Assembly (NCBI GenBank): GCA_002633005.1
Contig: NMRA01000496.1
Span: 129,049 to 193,048, forward strand
Reading direction: 5' to 3'
Length of the DNA stretch: 64,000 nucleotides
Origin: Phoronis australis
Lineage: Eukaryota; Animalia; Phoronida
A program made the translations under genes and the position numbers. This document shows positions 1 to 13,600 of the stretch, one piece after another. Below the pieces are notes generated by a model, which saw only the letters and a list, made by a program, of their open reading frames with translations, was not told the DNA's origin and did not search any database. How positions within the stretch are numbered: position 1 is the stretch's first letter; the number at the start of each line of letters is the position of its first letter.

Positions 1-713
1 GAAGGTACAGAACGGTCTGGGCATTTCCGTTGAATGTGTCCCGTTCTGTGGCATCCATGACATTCCGCGTCTCTGAATCCACATTTGTCTGGGTAGTGTT
101 GACCTCCACAACGAAAACACGGTTTGGGGGGTTTCTGTTGCTGTGGTTTGTGATGTACGTGGTTCACACTTGAGGTTGGAGACTGACCAATGCCTAAATC
201 CCTAGCATTGTCTACTGCCATTTCCATGCTTGAGCAGATCTCATGGGCCTTGGAGAAGGTTAGGTCTTTAATTGCAAACAACCGCTTTTGAATTTCAAAG
301 TTCTCAACCCCACACACAAGCCGATCTCGTAGCATGTCCTCCAGGTTGTTGCCATAATTGCAATGTGCTGCCAACTCCTGCAACCTACTGATAAAATTTG
401 ACATTTTCTCCCCTTTTTCCCGTTTTGCAGAATTAAATTTATATCGTGCAACAATGGGGTTAGGTGTAGGAGAATAGTGGTTTTTTAACACATCAAGAAG
501 CTCAGAATACGACTTATTCTCTGGTTTAGACGGTTGGATTAAGTTCCTCACCAACTGGTAGGTTTCCGATCCACACGAGGTCAAGAAAATGGCGCGCTTC
601 TTGATCATTGTGTCTATGTCATTCGCCACGAAATAAAACTCTAAACGTTCCACATACGATTGCCACAATTCCACCGCTTGGTCAAAATAAGACAGAGCAC
701 CGTGGACTGCCAT
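1..713 (-). CDS. gag: Ty3/gypsy (Mag-like) LTR retrotransposon Gag, 5' part; ORF runs off the window start
   Basis: ATG at 713, no stop to the window edge: MAVHGALSYFDQAVELWQSYVERLEFYFVAND...LEDMLRDRLVCGV...CFRCGGQHYPDKC..ECHGCHRTGHIQRKC (two CCHC knuckles). Absent from the ORF track because it has no stop in the window. Confidence 0.9.
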   Translation of the reverse strand, partial: MAVHGALSYFDQAVELWQSYVERLEFYFVANDIDTMIKKRAIFLTSCGSETYQLVRNLIQPSKPENKSYSELLDVLKNHYSPTPNPIVARYKFNSAKREKGEKMSNFISRLQELAAHCNYGNNLEDMLRDRLVCGVENFEIQKRLFAIKDLTFSKAHEICSSMEMAVDNARDLGIGQSPTSSVNHVHHKPQQQKPPKPCFRCGGQHYPDKCGFRDAECHGCHRTGHIQRKCPDRSVP

Positions 714-728
714 TCTGATCCAAAGTTT

Positions 729-741
729 ATCCTCGTCGCCA
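729..741 (-). promoter_or_regulatory. Primer binding site complementary to the tRNA-Ser(GCT) 3' end
   Basis: Minus strand TGGCGACGAGGAT lies between the LTR and the gag ATG; it is the complement of ATCCTCGTCG-CCA. Confidence 0.8.
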
Positions 742-748
742 ATAAATA

Positions 749-892
749 TGCGGTAACTTGGTTAGTAAAGTCAGAGAGAAAACTAGCCACGTCTGACAAC
801 AACCATGTTTTTATTACCCAACATCCTTAGCTACACCACACCAGAGACACCAAGTGTCGAACAAGTACACTAGACGCAATCAAGATACTGCA
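749..892 (-). mobile_element. Short (~144 bp) 5' LTR of the gypsy element
   Basis: TG...CA ends with imperfect inverted termini (TGCAGTAT / TTACCGCA), internal AATAAA on the minus strand, 7 bp from the PBS. Confidence 0.6.
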
Positions 893-1140
893 CTTATCTT
901 TTTTAATTTTGGGTGGTCAATTAAAAGATGCGTCAAAGTTTTCTACAAAAAATATCAAATTTTGTGTTTGTTAATAGCCAACCTTCTCGTTGGTTTAATA
1001 TTCAGAGAGGAGTCAGACAAGGTGACCCATTATCTCCTTATCTATTTATTATTTGTGCCGAAATTTTGGCTCTCATGATCAGACACAACACAAATACAAA
1101 TGGAATCAAAATTATGGATCGTGAATACTTACTAACTCAT
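893..1140 (+). mobile_element. L1/Tx1-type LINE reverse transcriptase fragment (frameshifted)
   Basis: FNFGWSIKRCVKVFY / VNSQPSRWFNIQRGVRQGDPLSPYLFIICAEILALMIR...GIKI motif. Confidence 0.85.
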
Positions 1141-1211
1141 ATGCATAGCAATACGGGCTAAACTTGTGGGTACAGATGATCTACTATACCGTCATATCTG
1201 CTGACTACTGT

Positions 1212-1249
1212 ATACACACATACATACACACACACGCACATACACATAC
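1212..1249. repeat. (CA)n/(TACA)n microsatellite
   Basis: atacacacatacatacacacacacgcacatacacataca. Confidence 0.8.
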
Positions 1250-1512
1250 AGGCTGTCAGGCAAGTCCTGCTTAGTTCGATCGAATGGCAGCCCTTCATAT
1301 TGAGGAATATTTGCTGCGTATTTTCAAATTTTTCGTGGTGAAATGGTCTTCAAGTTAGACTTAGAGACATTCACGTGGCGACTCTGTGTTTAGGAAAAGA
1401 TTTTTTCAAACCAGCAATCTCGTAATAGACCACATCCTTCAGGCCATGTGGCCTTGTTGAGATAGACTAAAACAGTAACATTGAATGGTGATTGTTTTTT
1501 TTAACTTACCAG

Positions 1513-1634
1513 GAATCATAAACAAACCGAATGTGTGCATCCGATCTCCGTCACTAAGTCCAGATTTCGCAAAGATTTCGTTTCTTCAACATGACACCGG
1601 TGCTCCATTGTCGTCTAGTAATCATCTTGTTGTG
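1513..1634 (+). CDS. APEH: APEH-like exon (IINKPNVCIRSPSLSPDFAKISFLQHDTGAPLSSSNHLVV)
   Basis: ccag acceptor, gtacgt donor, phase 1 to 0; SPxLSPD propeller motif. Confidence 0.8.
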
Positions 1635-4600
1635 GTACGTTTATTCTCTATATTTTCGACGTTTTGGCCTTGTTTCTTTCCCTTCCTTTGCTTGTACAGA
1701 AGAAACCTTGAACCTTCACATGCGCCTGTGTCCATGATTCATTCTGTAGGTTCATCCGGCATTACCGGCAGCCAGTCCGTTCCGTAAAACAATTTCTTGC
1801 GAGAAAAGCAAGATCTCGCAAGACCACGCAAAACCACGTTAGTGAAAGGCGAATGTTACACGAGCATGCTCGAGACCTTGCCAGTGCAGCCTAGCAAACT
1901 GGCGGCCACTGAATTGATTGGTCGGTAAAGTTGAAATGTTGAATTGTGTGATAAATTGATAATAAATCATGGGATATAATTTATTGTTTCCGTTCCATAA
2001 GTGGAGGTTTTCTCGGCTAATGCAAGTTAATATCTTTCATCTACAGAACACTGCCTTGTTAAGACATCTGATGGCTTATCGATGACGACTTCCTGGTTAC
2101 GAAAAACGGAGTTGCGTTCTGTAGACAAAACATTTGCTCGCACTTGCGACGAGAAATCTTCACTTAACGGAAACAGTCAATTCAACACTCCAACTTCACC
2201 GACCAACTACCCGTACATGTACTTCAGATACGCTTGGTAAACTCCGAAACATATTAAGGAAACGCTCGCCTTTCACTCGATTTTGCAAGGTCGTGCAAGA
2301 TCTTGATCATATCGCAAGGAGCTAGATCTGTGGAAGCCTGTGTCTCTTGATATCTTGACCAGTTGACTCGGTCGAACCGACGTAATGAATCAAGTGCACT
2401 CATGTTTGCTGTCTAAACTCTATTCGATTCCGTCTCACCCTTTCATGAACTCAGTGATCTGTAGCCAGCGATCGCGGTAGAAAATTTTTTTGAAACTCCA
2501 TGTGTATTAGACAAACCAATGTTGTATTGGCCTACGTTAGATTCTTCTCTGCATTATTTATTCACGCACACACATTAGCACTGCGTGCGAGTATTATGTC
2601 ACGTGACCTTATGCGCTCTTGCCACTGAATACTGGCACATTGAAGCACGTATATTGCTCTCTTGCATTTTCTTATTTTCTTTACAGCATAATTTCCGAAC
2701 TGGAAAGACAAGTATTGTCATTGATATTATACACAAGACAAGAAGTAAGTTATATTTCGTATAGTCTTAGGTGTTAAGAATCGTTTTATGTGACGAATTT
2801 GCGTTATAAGATATTACACTTATTATATAAAACGGCTAAACAACCTTGCAAAAACAAAAAAAAAACTGTTCTTTATTGCTGGAGACCAGGTTCTACAAGT
2901 GAGCTTGTCGGGCGTTTCATTTTAAGCACCAAACATGCTTTCAATGAATAACGATCTGTCATTTATTTGCTAGCACAAAATCAAGCGATCTAATTAAGTA
3001 GTTCGGTTCAGATGTGGGCTCATTAATATGCCTAGGTCCAGATTGCCGAGAAAAATGTTTGAGTAGCACTATGAATTATAATTAAATGTTAAAACATGTG
3101 CCGTGCAGCACTGGAAAAAGTGAGGGCTATAGCCCCCAGATCCCTGTGATGCGGCGCCCATGTAAAATTTGGTGCCATAGTGTTAGTACTTATCTCTGGG
3201 AGAGTCATATGAGTGTTTTATTGAGTATAGGAACTAGACTGAGTGTACGGTCGTGGTAGATGAAAACATTTTTGCAAATGCACATTTGCTGTGGTTGGGC
3301 ATGGTGAGAAGTGAGCAGGGTGTATGATCGGGATCAGGAAACAAGCTTAGGCTATACAGAAACTTCAAGTCAACCCTGGGTCTTTAACCATGTATGTGTT
3401 ATAACTTAAGCCGCAGGGTCAGGTACTGCCCCCATTGGGGTTGAGCTAGGAAGATATTAGTGCCTGAGGTATGAAGATAGACTATGTAACCAGTGCCTGT
3501 GTGGCGTAGTTGACGATGGAATTCACGTTTTGTTACAATGTTCAGCTTTCCTTGACCTTAAATCAGATTTAATAAATCGATTAAATGTCTATTTTACATC
3601 TTTGAATGATATAGAAAAAAATTTTCCCGGATGTGTTCTGATAATGTGAGAGATTTGCGATTGATTGCCAAGTCCTGCCTTTTAATTTTAGAGAAAGGGA
3701 CCGATCATACCGTGGCGTACTGAAATAAAGCACTGTTCAAAGTAGTAGTTCTATCTTTATGATTTTACAGTGGTCTATAACGTGTTTTGAAAGACATTGA
3801 TTGTCTCGTTCTATCATGTGCATGAACGTTTTAAGGGAGACATTAACAAACTATCTTGCTGTCTAACTAGTAACAGGCAGGAACTAGTTTTATAGCCGTA
3901 ACTGATCTGTATCATTAGTTCGCTTGTTGAACGGATCCGTCGGCTTTTTGACGGTTTAAAGCACATGTCGCAATAAAACTGTCCTCGAGTTGTTTCTAGC
4001 TCATTAGATGAGATGACTTATAACTTGAGCCCATGAGAGTTAGAGCTAAAGCTGTCACAACTGCATAAACCGCCGAATTCCACAAATTGTGACGGTTTGT
4101 GCAGACATTAAAAGCACAAAATGTCACATTTCTTCGTTACGACAATTTTCGGTTTGCGGAGTTGCACAAAACTGTCGGCAGTTTCACACTGTGACACTAG
4201 TGCAGACCTTTGAATCGAAAGTTATCCTAACTTGGGAAACAACTTGCGACGACGACGGTCAAAACAGCAGTATCTGAAGTACATATTTTACGGCACTACT
4301 GACAGTCAGGAATACATGTCAGTTTTCAATGTCAGTATTCATTTGCTCTTTCATCGTATTAAAATTTCCGTGTTTTATTCTGGAGTGTCATTCTTGTTGA
4401 CGTCACAGTTCCTCCAACTTTTTCATTCTGTTAACTTTGACACTCTCGAATTTGGTCATCATTAAATTGCCCACTGTACCATTCTCGTCAGTACCGTTCT
4501 CTTCAATCTTGTAGCTTGCGACGGAGTAGGTGTTGTCCCTCCATTCGACCTGGTTTCCCCACTCCCAAAGTCATCAACCAGAACTATCCATCTGAAGACT

Positions 4601-7600
4601 TTTACAATCCGTCACAGCACTTTCTAGTTTTTTGATCATTCGTACTTTGATAACGTGTATACCAGAGGTCGTCACTACTTGTGGCAACTTGAGGGTTATT
4701 CAGTTTGTGCTACCTCGGCAGAATTGTTGCAATGAAAAATTGCGAGTTTGTGCAATCTGTGCAAAAAAACTTGAATGTTGCAACAGATTGTAACCGTTGG
4801 TCACTGACCACACTCTACCTTGCTAAGCCAAGTGTTTAAGTTTGATCTTGAGTTGAAGCGAATCGTTAATTCTTAGCAAGCCAACAGACCTACTAAGTTA
4901 AAAACTACAGAAGACCAGAGCTCTGCGCTGGTAAGCGCATAGCAACCGAATGCGTCAAATGCCATAACTGCGTTCTGAATCAGGACTTATTTCTAACACA
5001 AGCGGCGTTGAATTTTCAGAATCGGACGACTTTCAAGGATTGTTTGCGTCGTGGCCACTTCCGGAAAGATGTTGGGCGGTTGACAACAGGCGTTTTGTCT
5101 TCCATTCTTCTTGGAGGAGCAAGCGGGTACGAAACTATTGGAATACATTTATTGTTATTTGCTTGCCATATTATCATCAAAAAATTCCCCGGCATTATTA
5201 GCCCTGTCAATCGTTTACCCTTAACAAAAAGACATTCTGAAAATCCTTGCACGGTTGGCGTTGTCAAAACGAGGCTTCGGCAGCATAAGAGGAATCTCGT
5301 CTGGCTCCCAACCACTCGACTTGAGTTCGTAAATATAAGCGATGGCAGTTCATGTGCATGTGTCTGTGGTTCCGATACGTCTTTTCATTGATACTACAAT
5401 AATACATAATCAATAAGGGTTTCGTTAAAAACCGTAACAATGTGAAGACAATGCTGCTACTTTCCGTCAATCTGCGCAAAATTTGTGGAGGGATCGTACT
5501 ATGTGTTAGCTAGGAGCAGGCTGATTCTTCAACATTAAATCTTAGCTCCCTTCATAATTTATGTTAGTGCGCAAAAACACCCAAATTAGTTTCATTTTCG
5601 TGTAAGTTTTAAGTAAGCTATCGAAACTGAATTTCTGGTCATCTCGCCTCGGCAACGTTTTAACTGGCTCCTAGTTTACAGTGCTGGGCGACAACCATTT
5701 CGTCTAGCATTTTTGTCCCCAAAAATTGCCTTGGGCGCTGTTTCAGAAAAGACGACATCTGTAAAGTGCTTACAACCCAAAAGCTGATAATAAAGCACCC
5801 AAAAAAGAACAAAAAATACCAGTCAAACACCTTGTCAAAATAGAACATCCGCAAACACTATCTGAAGATATGTTAATTAGGTGATCTCCATTTACGAGCA
5901 TTCACTAGTCGATACATATACTACGTAGAATCGGGACAACCAATCACAGTATTGGTCTTACTCCATTTGTGTTTTGTGTGAAAAATCGCCGGATACTCCT
6001 GCTCGTTTTCCCGTGGTTTATTGTATGGAAAAGGATGGTGATGTGTTGTGTTTGTGGGTTGTGACAACTCAGTATTTGAGCACGCTGTGTTTCTTTTCAC
6101 TTTCACGCAGAACTGCCTCAAAATAAAAGTACTATAGGGGCCCATTTGTTATTTAAATCTTCAAATTTTAGAATAATGTAAAAAGCATATTTCAATTTTG
6201 AAATACTCAAAGACCTCCCTTTTAAAGTATATGTCAAACTGGGAGTCGTGTTTTTAAAACGCTGTCGATAAATATGAAAATTTCCTAGAATTAAATCAAA
6301 TAGATTACAAATTAGAATGTTAGTGGAATGGACAAGCATCGCAGTCGATAGCGATTCCTAGTTTACAGCTCCCTTCTCATGAGACTGCCTGAACGGCAAG
6401 AAGTGACAAGTTACGCTAGACGGCGCGCACACCATAGTATTATTGGTCACTTGATTACTGACTATTGTTCGGGATAGATGAAGATTGTCCACTGTTGGTT
6501 ACACGTATCTGCCTGCCCACTTGGAAACATGCTTGTATCCACATATTTATTATTCTACAACGGAAAACGAGAGATGAGGGATTTAAGAAAGATGGCGGTA
6601 CAGGTAGCGATGAAGCCTGGTCATTATACTCCACTGTCAATTAACCACAGTCTTCCTCTATTTATTCTTAGATAGCAAAATCACCAAAACATAGCCATAA
6701 ATTATACTTTAAAAATGTGAGCAATAATGTATTGAAAAAAATGCTTTGACAGGATAATTTGCTGCATGAACGTCGCTTGGTGCTAGCATGTGGAATGTAT
6801 ACAATCCCTCGTGCCGTTCAAGACTCGTTTCAGAGACAAATTAATATTCATGAGCTATATATTAGGCACGGGCTATATTTGTTACATACAACTAAATGGT
6901 TGCAATTAGAAATTACCAGTATTGTCTTGAGAAGAAGTTGGTAAAAAACAAGTATTTGGCCTTAATGGAGGACACTATACTGTCTATGTGTCCATTTTTA
7001 AGCGCAACATTTATCTTTAACACGCCACTGTTGTATTTATATCATGTTTGTGTTTCAGGAGCTGTATGTTGTCAACACAGAGGATAAAAAAGTGTCAAGG
7101 ATAACCAACGGTTAGTATGGAAAAAATCAAAGCAATTCACTTAGAACTGACCGTTTTTGTTCCTTACCAGCACCGCACTCAGCTTCAGTGTGACAACATG
7201 GGCATTTTAGCCGGGTGGTTCCCTCTCTCAGGATCCTTTTTTCCTAACATCTGAAAACGATGGTCGCGGATAGTACCATATTTCATTAAGAGGTCACAAT
7301 TTTGTGAGTGAATGGGTCATTTGGATGCGCTTTTGGCCCTAGTTCAGGTTTTCTATGAACATAGATTGCTATACATGAGTATTCTTAGGACTAAACCTTT
7401 ATTCAGCCATGACGTCTAACAAACTGCGACGTATTACTGCAACGCCATCTATAACGCGTGAAGCACAGATGAGATTCCATCTACCGGTATTCACAACCTC
7501 AGTAAAATGTAACGTGGTCTGCCTTTGACTGTGCCAATGGTTTATCTGCATACCTTTACTACCGTGTGATAAATATAGGTTATCCAACATACATAGGAAT

Positions 7601-10600
7601 ACTACTGCCATATCCTATCGAGAATTCATTTCATCTGGGATTGTCCCAACGAGACTACTCTTCTTTCCAGATCTAGCTTCCATCATCGCACTGTAAACAA
7701 ATTACAGATGGCATGGAGTGGTATATTGTAGTGTGCTTTGACATTTCCATTCTATAATTATTCTTCAGATCCTCGAATAGGAGCTTGGCATTTAGCTGAC
7801 GTATATTATGACATCGTTCTGGCAACGTATTCTTCGCCGAATATACCACACCGTTTGGTACGTTTTGCTTTAAAATTTTGTTTTGTGAAGTTAGTCTGCC
7901 AAACAAACCGTCAAGGTTTCCCTGAAAATTAGGTCTACGTCCGTCATTCTCAATCAATATACAGTCCTGCTTTCACATTTTTCTTTTGTGTTTTTCGTAC
8001 AATGTGACTTCCTGTACGACTTCTGGTCTTGCGCTACCCACAATTATTTCTGAAAAATATTTTTAATTTAAAAGACATAAGTCTCTCCTGAACAAAATAC
8101 AAAGCCTCTGAAAATATACCCCGCGCTGAGTTAATGAGATAATTTGCATAAACCATTTCTGGGTTCTGATTTGCTGTACCTTCATTCAGTAATTGTGGGG
8201 CATAAGACCATATTTCTGTCTAAAGTCATAAATAAGTGATCATGAAACAGACCCCTGAACCTTGGCTTCACACTCCCATTGTCGTTTGCGACTTCATATT
8301 CATTAAACTGAAGTGTTCAAAAATCGCGTCGGACTCCCAGTCTGAAAACGTAACGCATTTCTCACAAGGTAATGAAGTGACTTCACTATACCAAAAGGCA
8401 GCTATTGTGTGATTGAATAAAGTGCACACCCAGAAACGTAGAGCACGTGAGTATGTAAAGTTTTCGGAAACAGGTCGTATCCAACTCCCTTCAACAGGTA
8501 CAGTGTAGACGTTTTACTGAACTTGGGTGCGTATGTTTGACTGAAAGGCGATTGCTCTAATTCTCAAAAACTTGCAGAAATCTCAATTCACATTTGAAAA
8601 TGGATTTGTTCAAAGTGCAAAAATGAATGCTCACGTTTATTGCCAGTTATGTATTTATCCTAAAGTTTTGAGTACTCATAATCAGACATATGAAGACTTT
8701 TTAAGTTCAAAGTGGAGAAGAAATGGACGGAAAAGCATTTGAGTCTTCCCAATGTGTCTTGTTTCTAGATGTAGTCATTGCTAGTGTTCGATAACCACGC
8801 AGCAACATATAAACATGTAGTACACAATTCCAGGTATTCGGCCTTTTGCCCCCGGATGGAAAAGAGAGTACCATAGTCTGGCACACAGTGGACCCTAATG
8901 CATCGGAGATTAATGAAATCTCATGGAGAATCATTAAGCACCAGGTTCTGCCAGAACACGTGGATGACCGTTATGGTGAGTATTAGTACCCATGGCTGAG
9001 ACAAAGTTCTCAGACGTTTCACTTCCATGGTGATTAGACCAGAGCAATCGTCTGTTGGCGCGTTTTAGTTTATGATATTTGCTTATGTGTGAATTCCAAA
9101 GGTTCTTTACATGGGCTTCTGTCCTTTCATGAACGAACCATTCGAATGATATATGTTTTAACATTTAGATAAACCATTCTAAGTGGTGGAATGAATAGTA
9201 CACAAATCTTGTCTAAAAAATACATTGCAAAATATGATTGTGTCGGTAAAACTATATTAAAGAACAAGGCAACTGAAATCTAGATGAGCCCATTGCATTT
9301 GTTCCTAACTAACGAGAAAGGACGAGTACATCCGGATTATAATTCAAATAAACACAGAAAAATCAGGAACCCCAACAGGGAATTGAGCCACAAGTCTGTA
9401 GATTGCCGGTCTAGTTTTCTTACCACTGAGCTACTGAGGACCCAAATCCCGTGTGAAAAAGGCGAAACGCCGCTCATAGCATGTATGACATAACAGTTAG
9501 CCGTAAACAGTAATTGCACAGATATCAGGTCCTCAGTAGCTCAGTGGTAAAGGGGAAAGCAGCTTTTTCATGTCATTTTAGTAAAAATACGGTTCGTTGA
9601 TTATCCCAGAATTATTGTTCAGTTAATTAATCATGCCATATTCGAGAAGTGACTTTTAGGGGGCTTAGTTAAAATAGCATGTTGTTTAGTTCCTGTTATG
9701 TAGGGCGGTCGAATCAATTTTTTTTTCGTTTTGAATCTTTTTCATCTTGAAAAAGTACTTTGCTATCATGGGAATGATAATGCATCCATCCTACTCAGTA
9801 AAAATTGAAAAAGTATCAAAATCGGGGCAAGCAGTGGAGAGTTATTGCAATTTTGTGGCGAAATTTCGGTCACTAGCTTTGTTTGGATCGGGTCGGCCAT
9901 CTTGGACGACATCGGGATAAGTTACGAGTTTAAAACTTTGTATAAATTGTTTTCGCCTACAATTTACGGTAAATTTAGTGAAGCATATCTTTACCTACTA
10001 TTCTGCACGATTCAACAGTTTTCACCAAATTTCAGCCTCGCAGTTGTTACTAATTAATTGATGAATGTGCTCACAATTCCCGTTGGACCATTTCCAGCGG
10101 CACCGACAACATGGCGACTTTTCCTGAACTGAAAGGCATGTTCAACGTTACCGGATACTGCGTAAATTAAGATTTAACGTGGATGCATTTTGACAAACGG
10201 TGCTACAAAAAAGGATCTAGCATCTTCAGGCAACATTTCTTGATGCCTTGGGTTCACTATTAATACATAAATTAAAAAAACATAAGTTGAAAACCAAGTT
10301 CACTGGGCGTTTTTCATTTCATGGGTTCTTGCAATTCTGTCGTTGATACTGCAACCTCCACTCAAATTACAATTATCGATGTGGTTCAGTTGTAAGGTCA
10401 CTTTCTTCGTACTCATTGTTTAATAAATAAAAAATGATAACATTTTGTATTGGACTTGTCATATATACTTATGTGCTCGAACGAGCCCCCTATTTGGAGA
10501 AATGGAAAAAGGTCTGCTTCAGTCAGAGAAGCAAGAACTCGAAAAAAGTAGAGAACGAGGCAAATGTCCGCTAGAAGGCAGGAAGTATCAAAATTTGGCG

Positions 10601-13600
10601 TCTGCAATTCATAGCTCTGAACATACCCAGTAAATCTTATAGTAAAAGATACACATTCTCAAAAATTCGAGCCCCCATTTCTTAAGCTTGGTGCGCTTAT
10701 GCAAAGTCGTGGGCAATAACTTGAAAGTCAACAACTTTGCACAGTTCAGACCCAAAATAAGTTTTAGATGAACCTCGTGTGAGCGAGCGCTGTGGCCAGG
10801 GACCAAGTAGCCCTAGCCTTAATTGGCTGTATTTTGACGATAGTCTTCATACTGATGGTAGCTGGAAGGCTAGCTAACCTAAGGGCTGCCGCAGCAGTGT
10901 GACACAGGACTAACCAGCTCGTAATTTTATGCAAGTGTCTGAAACTGTCTTGTATGTACACGGCATTTATAATTTGAATCTTTTACTTCGACAAAACAGC
11001 TTGCAACCGCATCATGACTTTACCGTTCGCCAGTGTCTAATTGTCTCGGTCGGCACCGGGTCCGATCGGCTGCGGGCCCGAGCCCGCAAAAATAATTTCT
11101 GTCAAACTTTATTCGCCACATTTCGTCAGCAATTTCGATACAATTTATTAACGTTAAGGCGCTGTCGATTATTTTATCCCCATTTGCAGGCTGGTAACAG
11201 ACACTGCTCCAGTCGCACAGGCGACGTATACTAAGCCTGGGTTCGTGAATGAATGGTACTTCCGGGTTCGCGGTAAGTTCAAAATGGCGGTGTGTTGTTC
11301 GGGTCCGAATCGTGAGTGGCGCGTTTATTTAAACTGTATTCGATTACGGATTGTGTACTAGAAATGGGGTAGGTACTTCTTGGATCTTTATAACATCTTC
11401 TAACCATGTAATAAGGGCTAACAACGTGTGCTTCTTGGACTTTAAGTCAAGTCCACAATAAACTGCAAAGTTTAGCTCACCGGCCTGTTCACTGGACGAC
11501 GAACAGTCGTTCCCACTGGGTGACGAACTGGGCCTGTATTCACTCCCGCTACTCAGTATCGCTGCAGGGCTGCTTACAGACTCTGGGCTGAACACAAAAC
11601 CAGCACAGGGCGAATCATTGCTACTTTCCGGAATTGCACGCTCCAGGGTACGTTCGGAGGCGGGGGTGACAATAACCTTGGTGCAAAAGTGTATACTAAA
11701 TATTTGTATTTTGCCGATAGTCTTCATACAGCGACATACAGCTGGCTGGCTAGGGTGACAGGGTGACAGTAGGGCCTCGAGTAACTGTAGAGGCCACAGA
11801 TCAACGAACCCTGTTTTTTTACTAAACATGACATGAAAAATGGTTGCATTCTCCTTTAATATAATTTTACCGACGCAATCGTTTTGCGCATTATATATTT
11901 TATATAGTTTCCGCGTCTGTAACGGCCCTGTTTACAGTCGGGCTTTGTTACGTAAAAACTAACTATGTACTGTCCTCTATAAAGAGAACATATTGCTCGT
12001 GGTGCTGTCACCACCGCTTTCTCACACTGCGTTACAAGATTACACGCGTAGCACGTGGTCACCCTAGCGTCCTTAGCGATCCCGGGCGTTCTATATTAAC
12101 ATTAGCTTTCCACACCCGCCAGTGTTCGTTAATACATGTACATGAACATAAGGGTTGGAATGCGAGTGCAACCTCAATACTACCAATCATTGTTTCAGAA
12201 CATTTGGATTACGAAAGCATTTTACTCGAACCTGCAGGAGCTCTGAGACATGGGCGACCGCTTCCCCTTGTGCTTTACCCGCATGGTAAGATGGTAATAA
12301 GGCTTGCTTACCTTAATGTTATTGGTCTTGGTAAAGTTATTCTACAGGAAACTAGAAATTTGGATAAATTCGACCTCGGTCGGGTTCAATAACTGTCTCG
12401 CGGAGAATAAAATCTAGTCAGAATCATGCGCTGTCATTGAAAATACACGGCGCAATATCTTGTTTTTGTAGCGAAACCCTAGCGTTACCGCACTCTACTT
12501 TGGTCTTGTGAACACCATACTTACTTGAAACTCGACTCGAATGCTGACCAACCATGTGCCACGTTTCACTTGTCATAGGTCAATCTCAGTTCCAGTCGAG
12601 TCTGGAGTGATGGTTTTGGTGTTTACAGTCCTTGGCGTGTTGAATTTATTTCTCAGTATTTTTATGTTGTCTAATCCTACAAGGATTGGTACTCCTGAAA
12701 CCGGAAATCGTGTTCAGCCTCTTTACAGATAAAATGTTTAACCTTTTGAGCCGTTAGGTTTGTTTTCAGGTGGTCCCCATATGGTTTTCCCTGCTCATTT
12801 TGTGGTGTTTATGAGTGCGTTATGTCGGTGTGGATTTGCAGTCCAATTAGGTAAGTTGATTGCATCTCTTCTGGTGCCTAAGATAAAAGTTCGGTAAATC
12901 AGCGTGTGTTTCCCACACCATCAGATCCCAGGATTACCAGGTTTTAGTCGAGACTGGAACTCGAAAATTCTGGTACATCGCGAAAAATGATACCGTCTGT
13001 TCCACGTGTGCCACGCGACTTGTCGATTTTAGAGTCGTGTTGTCTTCGCAGTAGGATTTCGCAAACGACTGTCGCACATGTACAGGTATACGACTGTGGC
13101 ACCACTGTGTAGGCCTACATAGCCCGATTGTCGTTTATGATTTCCTGGGATTACTGCTATTTTGGAACTATAGGCATACATGTATCTGGGCGTTATGGAG
13201 CAGATGCTGTAGATTTGTCAGAACGTTTTTAGGATCTACGCGAATATGTTTCCTTCGAGAATGGTGGAGGCCCCTTGTGTCATCTAAGATCCGCCAGGCT
13301 TACAAAAAATATCTACTGGAAATCTGCTGTTTGGGAGAAGCATGACGTCAATTTTACCATACCTTTAACCTGTATCAAATTTCACTGTCTCATAGATTTC
13401 TTACCCGATTCATTTATAAGGGTAACAGTCATTGGTGCATCGGGACTTAGTAGTTCATCCGCAAATGTAAGGATATGCACTTCAGTAAGTAAAATGTCCT
13501 TGACATCTTGAGTCCTCTCAAAAACGGAACTTTTCTGCATGTTGAGTTGCAAACTTTTCTTTAAAACCGTATTTTTAGTGAGAAATATGTCAGTGATTCT

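Noticed and set aside
3615-3648. KNFPG-like candidate APEH exon
   Set aside because: In-frame TGA; the exon at 5020 fits phase and homology better.
5008-5391. 127-aa ORF from the track
   Set aside because: The real APEH exon (5020-5126) is in a different frame; this ORF has no recognisable motif.
9528-9550. tRNA-like A-box string GTAGCTCAGTGGTAA
   Set aside because: It is one arm of a perfect inverted repeat; no anticodon arm or T-loop follows.
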